Notes under the pieces: generated by a model | Seen by the model: only the letters and a program-made list of their open reading frames with translations | The model's database searches: none | What the model was told of the DNA's origin: nothing | In this document: piece after piece, positions 53,222 through 63,476 of the stretch | Numbering within the stretch: position 1 is the stretch's first letter | Layout of the letters: the number at the start of each line of letters is the position of its first letter | Position numbers and translations under genes: made by a program | Assembly (NCBI GenBank): GCA_964187785.1 | Contig: OZ076414.1 | Coordinates: forward strand, 20,398,001 to 20,462,000 | Length of the DNA: 64,000 nt | Direction of reading: 5' to 3' | Source of the DNA: Amphiscolops sp. MND2022 | Taxonomy: Eukaryota

Positions 53222-54123
53222 TTACAGGGCACTAGCTCCAGTCAAATACAAGAAAAACATCATTGAGGGCACAATTTATAGAATCTTTAATGCCACCTCG
53301 ACCTGGGAAAACTTCACTGAAGGCATCAAAAAAGCGATCGAGACTTGGGAGAAGAATCAATACCCACCTCAATTCTACCAACCCATTCTTCGTCAGACGT
53401 TAGATAAAATTCTTAACGGAAAATCAAGTTGCCATCCGGAAAGATCAGCATGTGATAGTGGAAGAAACCCGCCCCTCTTTCTTCAATACCGCGGTAATAA
53501 AAGCGATCAATTCTCGAAGAAGTTACGAAGAACTGTGGAAGTCTCAACGATTTTCACAACCCGAAAGCTCAAAACCGCTCTTCCATCGCTGAAGTCACCT
53601 TTCCCTACGGTGTTCCTGAGTAACGTCGTCTACCAAATTACTTGTCCTGGGTGCCAATCCAGCTACGTCGGGCAAACAACCCGCCACTTGACGATGAGAA
53701 TTCAGGAACACGCCAGACCAGCCAGCCATGTGGGAAGCCACCTGAGGAACTGCTAGCAAACGATGCAAGATGCTGATGTTAACATAATCGACAGAACCAA
53801 TAGCAACAACCAATACCAAGCTACTCACTCTGGAAGCCCTTCACATATCCAGGAGAGCGCCGTCCATCAACCAGAAGGAGGAATACAGGACGCGCGAACT
53901 CACACTGAAAGTGTGATTTGTCATTGTTCCGATAAATCATTTGGCTTGATAATCTGTGTATCTATCCCATTTGTTTCAACTTTTTTCCACTTAATGGTGC
54001 TCTTTATATTTTTTAAAAAATTCCTACAACTTTTGCATTTGTATGTTTTTTTAGATTCTGATGATGGTCTACAAGACCGAAAACGTTTAAGTCAACTTTT
54101 CGATATCAATCTTCTTTTTCATA
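53222..54123 (+). mobile_element. Penelope-like element, 5'-truncated, GIY-YIG endonuclease plus 3' hammerhead
   Basis: YRALAPVKYK...NVVYQITCPGCQSSYVGQTTRHLTMRIQEH (GIY-YIG), tail LEALHI...INQKEEY, and 10-bp TSD ATTACATATA (53212-53221, 54124-54133). Confidence 0.9.
54054..54093 (+). ncRNA. Type I hammerhead ribozyme (PLE-type, minimal)
   Basis: GATT-CTGATGA-T-GGTC/tacaa/GACC-GAAA-ACGT-TTA^-AGTC: conserved core, stem II, palindromic stem III (AACGTT), stem I GATT/AGTC. Confidence 0.75.
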
Positions 54124-54325
54124 ATTACATATAGCCTATTTTTTTACCTTCATTATCACAGCCTAATTGTTGTGATAAACTTATTAAATAAATGAGATAT
54201 GGTGGTGTGCCGATAAGAAGAAGCCCTAGTGGATTTCAGAGATCGACCGAAGATGACGGGGGGATCACAATGCAGAATGTACAACAAATGACGAGGCATC
54301 GCAAAGCATTTGCAAAAAGTGTGAT

Positions 54326-55396
54326 GTGGAGGTCCTAGATGGTCAATTAGCAATAATGTGTGACATGTGCTCTATATGGTTTCATGAAGAATGTTCGGGT
54401 TTGTCGAAGAAGCAATTAAATGTCATCGGAAAGATCGACGCCTGCAAGTGGTTCTGTGGTTGGTGTCTGGACAATGTGGATGATCGTCTCAAGTGTGTGT
54501 CAAACAATCTAGGAATGAAGAAGGACATCGAAGACATAAAAAGATTAGTAACCTCGTTTAATACCAATAAACCTTCTTATGCATCCAAAATTTCGGAAAA
54601 ACCTACAAATGTAAATGAAACTTGCACTGGTGATCGTAAATATCCTGATGAACAAACACTATACATTTCTGGTACAATAGATGATGATATTCTTTCTTCT
54701 AGTGTATTACAAAAACGGAGGCTCTATACTCATTTCCCCGGTATCAAACTGGACTTCACTTTTACCAACAAGCTTGGGAAAATTGTACTATTAATTAACA
54801 ACAAAGATTGTTGCACTAGAGTGAAAAACAAATGGTGTTCGAATCTTCTCGGGACAGATACTAGAGTGTTTTCACCCAATGAAAGCAGATCACATAGGGG
54901 TATAATCCGAGATGTGCCGGTTGAAATTTCCACTGATGACATCAAAAATGTTTTAGCTGGCGAAAAAGAGGAAGAAATTCAAGTGATCCGATATATCAAA
55001 GGCGGAAAGGCCATACCTTTAGTGGAACTGGTTTTCCAGAAAGAATGCACATTCAACAAATATCTTCAAAATGGAATTACGCTACAGTATATGTACTTCA
55101 AGATGGACCCAAAACGTACCACCAAACGGATTAATCAATGTTTCAACTGTCCACAATGGGGTAGTCATGTATCCAAAATTTGTAAAAACCAATCGTTGTG
55201 TGCCATCTGTGGTTACGAGCATCCAACCAACCGTCATAAAGGATACGTATGCCAGGAAAAACATGAACATACAAAGGATTGTATCCCACCAAATGAAATC
55301 TATTGTGTGAATTGCTGCAAGGATCACACAGCTTTTGACAAAAACTGCGAAATGTACCAGGAATTGTGGAAAAAGTTGAACAGAGTCAACTCGTGA
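54326..55396 (+). CDS. LINE ORF1 (PHD + zinc knuckles); true start probably upstream, across a frameshift
   Basis: CKKC just upstream in frame, CDMCSIWFHEEC..CGWC, CFNCPQWGSHVSKIC, CAICGYEH, CVNCCKDH. Confidence 0.85.
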   Translation: MEVLDGQLAIMCDMCSIWFHEECSGLSKKQLNVIGKIDACKWFCGWCLDNVDDRLKCVSNNLGMKKDIEDIKRLVTSFNTNKPSYASKISEKPTNVNETCTGDRKYPDEQTLYISGTIDDDILSSSVLQKRRLYTHFPGIKLDFTFTNKLGKIVLLINNKDCCTRVKNKWCSNLLGTDTRVFSPNESRSHRGIIRDVPVEISTDDIKNVLAGEKEEEIQVIRYIKGGKAIPLVELVFQKECTFNKYLQNGITLQYMYFKMDPKRTTKRINQCFNCPQWGSHVSKICKNQSLCAICGYEHPTNRHKGYVCQEKHEHTKDCIPPNEIYCVNCCKDHTAFDKNCEMYQELWKKLNRVNS

Positions 55397-58300
55397 TGAA
55401 ACAATTTCTCTTAGCCATGACTATAAACATTGCTGGTCTCTCCGCTCACTCGTGTATTGCTATGGATAAATATATAAACGACAACAACCTAAAAGTTATT
55501 ACGATCTCTGAAAGTCATGGAAAATTTCAGGGTTTTGGAAACTACGATATCTACCGCGCCCATTCAAACAAACTTGGTTGCTCCTTGCTCATACACAAAC
55601 AATTAAATTCCTATGAAGTGAAAATAACACCCAGAGAAGGCGTTGATTGCTGTTTTGCAGCAATCTCTATTGAAAAGAGGAAAATTTTGCTGGGATCAAT
55701 ATACGTACATTTAGGAAACACTGAAAAAATCGAAAGTGCCACAGATGTTCTGACTGAAGTGTATACGTTATGCAAAAATGAAAATATAACCGGACCAATA
55801 ATCTTCGGGGATTGGAATTCGAGGCATCCACTATGGGGCGATAAATTAGAAAATAAATATGGTAAATTACTCGCCGACTACTGTGCCGACAATAGTCTTT
55901 CTATAATAAGCCCTCACCAGCCCACTTTTGTCTCAGCAAGCAAGAAAGGTAGCAGCATAATCGATTTTTGCATCACTGAACAAAAGTGCTCTGATCTTGT
56001 ATGCAATGCGCGGGTGATCGAAGATATCGAATTCTTCTCTGGTGCTCCAGAGCAAGGTCATTGGCCTGTTCTATTTGATATAGATATTCCTGTGGAATAT
56101 GATAATCCTGAACGGTGTGTGCTAAACTACAAATTGGCAAATTGGGAAGAAATAAGTATACAACTGGAAAATATAATGGTGGAAAACATGGAAAGCATGA
56201 TAACGGAAGCACCCACGAAAGCTCTCCTAATATTTATGGGCCTAGTGAGAGGAGTTTGTGAAAATTCGATTCCACGGAAAACACTTTGTAAATATTCCAA
56301 ACCATACTGGAACAATAAATTGACTCACTTATCAAAAAAATTGAAAGATGCACGCAAAAAATATAGACTCCAAGGTAACCCAAAAAACAAGAACATTGTT
56401 GAAATGGCTAAAATCGAATTCAAAAAGGAAATGAAAAAGAATAAAACCCGTTGGACGCAAAATGGCATCATGGAAATGAATGAGGGAAACTCTAAAACAT
56501 TTTTCAATATTATCCGCAAATTCAATGGCTCAATGGACTTAAATAACATAGGAGTACTTCGTCACAAGGGTAAGACCTTGGAAAAGGATTGCCATAAAGC
56601 AGCGCTCTTTCAACGTATTTTCTTCGACGGTGCACACCTTACTGGTAAACTATTTGACGACGCTTTTTATGAAAAAACAAAAGAAGAAGTGAAAGAGAAG
56701 TTGGCTCACACCGTTGGGGATTATTACAAGGAGGAGGTCAAGAATGATCTAAACATGCGTATTATAATGGATGAACTTAAACAAGCCATAAAGAAAATGA
56801 ACCCAAACAACAAGGGCGTGGATCCTTAATCTATCCTTCATCCTAAACTATTAAAGAAATTCAAATTTAACACCATTAGCATATGTTTCCACTTGATAAA
56901 CAATGCATTCTTCATGGGGATTTGGCCATTTGATGAAACCATAGACAAATTCTTGAAAAAGTCTGGCAAAACTGATTATTCCAATCCATCTTCATGGAGA
57001 CCTATTTCACTTACATCCCATTTAAGAAAAGTAGTTGAACGAGTGATAGATAGGAGACTAAGATAATCAGATATCCTCGACATTGATGAGCAACAATTTG
57101 GTTTTCAGCCAGGCAAGTCAACCTTGCACTACTTATACAAATTATATCATGATATCTTAGCAATGAAAAATTTACCAATAGCAACAGTATAGGATCTTGA
57201 GAAAGCTTTTGATTCCGTAGATCAAACTTTATTGCTAAGCAAACTAATAAACAGTGGTTTAAATGGTCCAATGTTAGCTACTATAAAATCTTTCTTATCG
57301 AATTGGAAAATCAGTATCCAAGTCAATGATTTTATCGACATGTCGTTTGTCCCTCTTAATGGTTTACCTCATGGTGCTGTACTGTCACCACTTTTGTTTA
57401 TATTTGATATGAAGGGTTTCCTCCAAGATGCGGACTTCACATATAAGTATGCAGATGACAGTACTTCTCTTTCAAGCAAAGAAAACTTGAGCACAACTTT
57501 AGAAAAGGCGGAAAACTATACATACAAATGGAGACAGGTGCTGAAAAAAGACAAAAGTGAACATATAAATTTCTCAAAAGAAGTATTTCAGTCCGACTAT
57601 AACTTTGTTGAGAAAAGTAAATTACTGGGCCTATGGTTTGAGCGAGATTTGAGTTTCAAAACACATGCTGCCATTATCTCTGCCTCAGTGGTTAATTTCT
57701 GGAAAGGAACTAGTATACTTATAACGCAAGGATTAAATCCATTTTACGCTGTACGTATCTTTGATTCATATGTGAAACCACGTGTAGCGTACTGTATGAC
57801 TATATGGTTTCATCAAAATATGACATCTCTGGAAAAGATGTGGTGGAGTGTTCATAAATCTATCTTTGGGATAAGAAACTACCAGGTTTCGAAACACGTA
57901 GTCAGTGTTTTAAAAAATATTTAGCCTCCTTCTCTACTCTACACTAATCAAGTATTATTGTTTCTGCATTCAACTGCTAGAAGTGCAGATATTCTAAACC
58001 CAGGTAATTTAGCTATAATACCCCAACAAATTATTATGGTGAGATTATTTCTGGTACACAAACTTTCAATTGTAAATCGTGACCCCGATGAAATTAAGGC
58101 AATATACATACAATATGCTAGACAATCCTCAGTCAGTACTTTTAAGAAGGAGGTGGATGAGTATTGCAGGCACTTATGGCAACGAGAAATAAAGCAAGGT
58201 CTTATGTACTCAAATTACTCAGGGCTTAAAGTAAGAAACAGCATCATGAAAATGCTTGCACCATATCCTGGGAAAGTTTCTGTCAAAACGCTACGTGTTC

Positions 58301-58554
58301 TAATGAATGATTTTGAAGTACGCGAGGTTTTATTTAGAAGTAAAAAGAGCAAAACCGATATTTGTCCCTATTGTAGAATTGTCGATGATACTGCACATTT
58401 CTTATTTTCCTGTGTCTCATATCAAGAACACCGAAGGAGTTTCATCAAGGAGCTTCAAAATCAAAACATTGACGAAACGCTAGTTGGTTTGCTAAATTGC
58501 GAAAACAAGCATGTGATAAACGCGTTGGCTGGCTTTATTGCAAGCATCGATTAA
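55396..58554 (+). pseudogene. LINE ORF2 (APE-RT-CCHC) with stops/frameshifts near 56829, 57190 and 57924
   Basis: ORF track segments 55366-56829, 57232-57924 and 57958-58554; ATG overlaps the ORF1 stop (TGATG). Confidence 0.85.
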
Positions 58555-59629
58555 CTCTTATAACCCTGCAATCCTCACCTGCCTTCCTTCTGTGTCAATT
58601 CTATTTATACTACTTACTTTGTTCTGGAATCAATGATAGAAAGTCATATGTACTGCCACATCCCGAAGGTTAATTGATTATCTTCTTCTTCTTCTATCAT
58701 AGCAGCTTTAAAAATTTTTACCGGTCGACTGCATAGTGGCTGGTTTGAGTAGTCTGTTGGTTGTTTTTTTTTGTTACTGGTCTAGGGTGCGGCGAATAGG
58801 TCCGAATGCCGATGACCGAATTGCAAGAAAGAAGTAAGAAGTCCGACTATTTCAACAAGGCTATAAGTCAGAAAGAATAAGTTCGACTGGGATGCAAAAT
58901 GGAAGAAATACGAATGACTCAAACCTAACGAAGTCCGAATCGGTTTTTTATGAAAAAATAGTCCATTGTCATGAAAAACTAACGAGATTTAATGCGATTT
59001 TTTGCAGAATGGACGAAATTTAACGCGGTTTTTTTAAGTACAAAACGTGCCTCTGATATTTCCTCATTTCCTCTAAGGCCCCGCGGCCCCTTGGGGCCGC
59101 TTATATTCCTATCTTGCTTATCGAGGTCGAACAGGAGCAAAGACCTAGCGGGAACGGAGATCGCGAAGCGATCGTAGTGGGAGCTGGTCTTTGCGACGGT
59201 GAGGGCGAGCGTGCATACATCGGGAAATGGTCATTTCGCCTAATGCCATTTCGCCTAAAGTCATTTCGCTTAACGTGTTTGGTCACTTCGCCTAATTTTT
59301 TTAGGCGAAACGTCTTTTACTTTGGTCACTTCGCCTAATTTTTTTTCAGAAACGTGAAAAACACATGAAATTGGAAAACAAATAGTGGAAAACAAATAGA
59401 AAACGTGCCTCGGATATGTCCCATTCCTTCTAGTGCCCCGCGGCCCCTTGGGGCCGCTTATGTTCCATCTTGCTAAGCGAGGTCGAACAGGAGCAAAGAC
59501 CTAGCGGGACCGGCGAGTGTGCATACACCGCATATGCCCCACATTTTGATATTTTCGCTTTCAGAAAGCCTTTTTCGAAACATGATTATTTAGACGTTAT
59601 TCCCGTTTGGTCATTTCGCCTAATTTTCT

Positions 59630-59686
<57 letters not shown>
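59630..59686 (-). repeat. (CTA)19 microsatellite, the 3' tail of the CR1-type LINE
   Basis: 57 bp of TAG repeats about 75 bp downstream of the ORF2 stop. Confidence 0.9.
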
Positions 59687-59759
59687 AAGAAGACTTAATT
59701 CCAAGATTATGGAGTTATAAAATACGTACATGTTATGAATAAAACGAAAAACCGAAAGA

Positions 59760-62603
59760 TTATGAGCGACAAAACGAACAGTAGCATTTTATAAACAGTA
59801 AACAGGAGTTCGAGATATCAAAGTTTGAGATCTTTGATAGAAGAAAGTTACGTAGCACCAGTTTGAAATGTTGCAGCGACATACTGAAATCAAGCACTTT
59901 TAGACTAATGAGAGCATCTGCTGCTCTAGTGGATCTGACAAAGAAGTTGCTTTCAGAGCCAACTTTTTTGGTTTTTGGAACATCAAAAAGCCCCAGAGTG
60001 GATGATCTTGTGTTCAGGGTACTCGTGGCAAGATTGTGATCGACATCAAGACAGCGATTTTGCAGTTTCCATAGCAGTATGAGGTCGTTTTCCGCAAGCT
60101 GAAAACACAAGGGTAGATAGGAATGACTCAAAAGGGCTGACTTATAACTTTTATCAGAACAAATCCATTTAAAAGCTCGCATTTGAAACTTTTCTAATTT
60201 TTTGAGGTAAGTAACTGAAGGCGACCATACAGGAGATCCATATAGAAGAACAGATACTACCAAAGAATGGTAAAGTAATTTCTTTCTGGGACTAGCGGTA
60301 GAAAAAGGGATATTTCGACGCATAAAGTTAAAAACTCTGGTGCATTTGGCGAGTTTCGTTTCAATATGGTTCGTCCAGTCGAGGTTGGATGTGACAGTAA
60401 ACCCAAGGTCTTCAATGCTCTTTTCAAATGGCAATTCATTTGAACCAAGATTCAGCATTAAATCAGGCATTACATCCGAGAAAGGAATACATTTACATTT
60501 CGAGGGATGAAAACTCAGACCATTTAAAACAGACCAATGTAGAAGAGCATCAAGATCGCTTTGAATGAGTTGGAGGATACAGTCAAAATGTACTTTTAAA
60601 TCATCAGCAAAAGCAAATGGGCATCCATGTTCAATAGATTCCATCATGTCGTTGATAAACAGAATGAATAACAATGGTCCCAAAACACTTCCCTGAGGAA
60701 CACCTGAAGGTACAGCAACTGGAGACGAGAGACTTTCTCTTACTTTGACAATTTGAAACCTGTTCGAAAGATAAGATTCCATTAGTTTGATGAGACCAGG
60801 ACATAAACCGAAAAGCTTGAGCTTGGATAATAGCAAATGATGAGGTACTGAATCGAATGCCTTTTGCACATCAAAATAGATAGACAAAGTGGGAGTATTG
60901 GAGTCCATGGCACGATAGACAAGATCTAAATATGATATCATTTGAGTTACAGTGCTCCGGGCTTTCATGAAACCGTGTTGTTTCCTGTGAATTAGCTTCA
61001 AAACTTTGGGGTACAAAAAATTGAAAAAAATCCGCTCCAGAATGAGTGAGAGTTTGCAAAGAATACTGATTGGGCGATAATTATCAATGGAAGATTTCGG
61101 GCCTTTTTTATGTAGTGGTGTTATGTGCGATACTTTCCAAACATCAGGCCAAGTTCGATTTTTAAGTATATGTGTGAATAGTTCCAAAACAAGTGGAGCC
61201 AGTATATTTGATGCCTTATGAAGAACAAACGAAGGCACTTGATCAGGACCCATAGAATTTGAATCATCGCATTTCAGCAGAAGTGTTTCCACTTCAATAA
61301 GTGAGACTTGGAGATCATCAATAAAAATAGAGGGTACAGTTTCAGTTTCTGATGCTGCGACAAAGTCAACTTTTGAACTAAACACTGAACTAAGGTAATT
61401 GTTGAAGGCATTTGCAATATCACTGTCAGTGCAGTATTTTTGGTCGTTGTAATACATAACAGAGGGAATATGATTGCAAAAACCCAATTTTCGGAGCATA
61501 CGAAAGCACTCAGTTGAAGAAGATAAGTTGAAACTATCCAGAAAGACAAGTTTATCTAATTCGATCGATTGGGATAGTGATAGATCTATTTCACGTTGTT
61601 TGAGAGCTAATTGAAACGACCAGAATCTGGACATTTTGCGAATGTTTGTATCTTTTTGATTCAGAAGATGAATCGTATGGGAGGAGTAGTAGATGGGAAA
61701 ATTCCGACGACGTTTTCTTTTTTGTCTAATAGAAATGAATAAAGAAGAGGACAAACGTGAATACCATTCAGATACAAAGTCAAAGACAGTGGAGGGCTGC
61801 ATGAAACAAATCAGATCATATAGAGGAGATAGAGATTGATTGAAAATTGACTTATCGAAAGACGACTGTGAGTAGGAAGGTACAATAGGTATTTCATTAT
61901 TCGTGCACTCGAGTGAAAAATAAATAGGATAATGATCGGAAAAAAGATTTAGGTTCACCCAACAGTCAAGGTTGCTAGAGTCAGTTAGAATAAGGTCGAG
62001 GATATTACCCGCTTTATGAGTAGGTGAATCAATAAACTGCGACAGGCAGAGCTCATTTACAGCTTCGAGGAAGGATAGCTCTTTTTCATTACTACTTGTC
62101 ATAGTGTCCCAGTCAATATCGGGGAAATTGAAGTCACCAAGAACAAACGTTGAAAAGTCCCATTTGGGGTTTCCAACTTTTTCCACAAGTGTTTTCTGAT
62201 ATGCATGTATACATTCAATAATTTGCGCAACATCGACTTTGTAATCAGAGGTAGATGGAGGATTGTATATAAGGATGAAAAGTTTCAACTCAGTCTCCGA
62301 AAGACAACAGCCAACAGAAAAAGGATATTGTTTGAGTGAGATATCCACAAGGGTTGAGCCGCAATGGTTTGATACTGCTATTAATATGCCTCCCTGTTGA
62401 CCCTGAGGCCTATCGGAACGTGAGATAATGGTGTAAGAAGAACCAAGAAAAATTTCCGAGTCAGAAACATTCTCATCCAGCCATGTTTCAGTAAGAAATA
62501 CGAGAAAGAATGAATTTAAAGATAAGAGTTTTCCAAGTTTATGACGTTTGGATAGACTAAGAGTTGATCTGCAGTTCAGCAAGAGGCATGTTTTTTTTGC
62601 CAG
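59760..62603 (-). CDS. CR1-type ORF2: APE endonuclease + reverse transcriptase, no initiating ATG
   Basis: LTETWL, GDFNFPDIDW, YRPISIL, DVQKAFDSV, GVPQGSVLGP, FADDLK; open from the codon after the ORF1 stop. Confidence 0.92.
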   Translation of the reverse strand: MAKKTCLLLNCRSTLSLSKRHKLGKLLSLNSFFLVFLTETWLDENVSDSEIFLGSSYTIISRSDRPQGQQGGILIAVSNHCGSTLVDISLKQYPFSVGCCLSETELKLFILIYNPPSTSDYKVDVAQIIECIHAYQKTLVEKVGNPKWDFSTFVLGDFNFPDIDWDTMTSSNEKELSFLEAVNELCLSQFIDSPTHKAGNILDLILTDSSNLDCWVNLNLFSDHYPIYFSLECTNNEIPIVPSYSQSSFDKSIFNQSLSPLYDLICFMQPSTVFDFVSEWYSRLSSSLFISIRQKRKRRRNFPIYYSSHTIHLLNQKDTNIRKMSRFWSFQLALKQREIDLSLSQSIELDKLVFLDSFNLSSSTECFRMLRKLGFCNHIPSVMYYNDQKYCTDSDIANAFNNYLSSVFSSKVDFVAASETETVPSIFIDDLQVSLIEVETLLLKCDDSNSMGPDQVPSFVLHKASNILAPLVLELFTHILKNRTWPDVWKVSHITPLHKKGPKSSIDNYRPISILCKLSLILERIFFNFLYPKVLKLIHRKQHGFMKARSTVTQMISYLDLVYRAMDSNTPTLSIYFDVQKAFDSVPHHLLLSKLKLFGLCPGLIKLMESYLSNRFQIVKVRESLSSPVAVPSGVPQGSVLGPLLFILFINDMMESIEHGCPFAFADDLKVHFDCILQLIQSDLDALLHWSVLNGLSFHPSKCKCIPFSDVMPDLMLNLGSNELPFEKSIEDLGFTVTSNLDWTNHIETKLAKCTRVFNFMRRNIPFSTASPRKKLLYHSLVVSVLLYGSPVWSPSVTYLKKLEKFQMRAFKWICSDKSYKSALLSHSYLPLCFQLAENDLILLWKLQNRCLDVDHNLATSTLNTRSSTLGLFDVPKTKKVGSESNFFVRSTRAADALISLKVLDFSMSLQHFKLVLRNFLLSKISNFDISNSCLLFIKCYCSFCRS

Positions 62604-63476
62604 TCATTTTGTATCCACGGTAACAGGAGCTCCCTTGTAGTAGAGCTTCAAGTTTTTAATCTTGAAGTCTTCCCTGGACTTCCCTTCCTTTATCATTGAA
62701 TAACGTTTGGACAAAACCTCTTTCTCTATTGCACGTTCTTGAGACGACAAAAACTTTTTGATGTAAACAGCATTTTGGTAACTCTGTAGATGATAACTAC
62801 GGGCGAAGCATTGTTTTAGGAACAGTGGGTTTGAGGTTGTTATGAGTAAAGGACGACATGCTCGTTTCTCTTTATTTGCTGGGTTATGACTTCTGCCTAA
62901 CCTACGAATTTCGGATACGTTGCTATCACTAGAGAGTCCCATATGTTTAAGAATTTTGTTCACTTCATCCACATCTTTTTCAATTTGTTTCAAGTAACTA
63001 TCTTCGGTTTCAGTAGAGCCTGTGATAACAAATTGCATTTCCTTTTTTTCTTTAACAAAATTGCCACCAACAACATCACTATACGAAGGAATGGAATCAG
63101 CGACAGCTTTTGAAACATTTTCTTTGAGAAGTAGAGGAACGGTGTCTTTTATGGCTTTTGGAATAAGCTCAGATATTGACGTGTTTACTTTTGTGCTAAA
63201 AGAATTAAAAAGTGAATTCAACTTAGCTTCGGTTTTTGCTGATGCTCCAATTAAGCAATCCCCCTTGTCCAGGCAGGCGTCGCAGCACCACAAGCAGTTT
63301 CGCTGAGTCCCCAGCCACTTCACACTGTCGATTGAGAGCCCTACACAATCACCGTGGAACCAGGAATTGCAATACTCGCATCCGATGCCCGATGAGTCGT
63401 CGTCTTCAACTGTTTTTTTACAGGTCACACATTTGGTTGATGATTTGGAGCACAATCTCGGTCTTCGATTTGCCAT
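62604..63476 (-). CDS. CR1-type ORF1 with N-terminal PHD finger
   Basis: CVTC..GCEYCNSWFHGDC..WCCDAC; PHD-bearing ORF1 is established for CR1-clade LINEs. Confidence 0.9.
   Translation of the reverse strand: MANRRPRLCSKSSTKCVTCKKTVEDDDSSGIGCEYCNSWFHGDCVGLSIDSVKWLGTQRNCLWCCDACLDKGDCLIGASAKTEAKLNSLFNSFSTKVNTSISELIPKAIKDTVPLLLKENVSKAVADSIPSYSDVVGGNFVKEKKEMQFVITGSTETEDSYLKQIEKDVDEVNKILKHMGLSSDSNVSEIRRLGRSHNPANKEKRACRPLLITTSNPLFLKQCFARSYHLQSYQNAVYIKKFLSSQERAIEKEVLSKRYSMIKEGKSREDFKIKNLKLYYKGAPVTVDTK

Larger units (their letters stand above)
54163..58694 (+). mobile_element. Near full-length non-LTR retrotransposon (I/Jockey-group-like), ORF2 disrupted
   Basis: ORF1 has a PHD finger and three Cys knuckles. 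ORF2 has APE (FGDWNSRH), RT (DLEKAFDSV, YADD) and C-terminal CPYC..DTAHFLFSC. (TCT)n tail at about 58680-58694; imperfect TSD TATCA(C/T)AGC at 54154-54162 and 58695-58703. Confidence 0.9.

Noticed and set aside
59470-59742. Poly-Val ORF
   Set aside because: It is a translation of the (GTA)n LINE tail plus MITE sequence.
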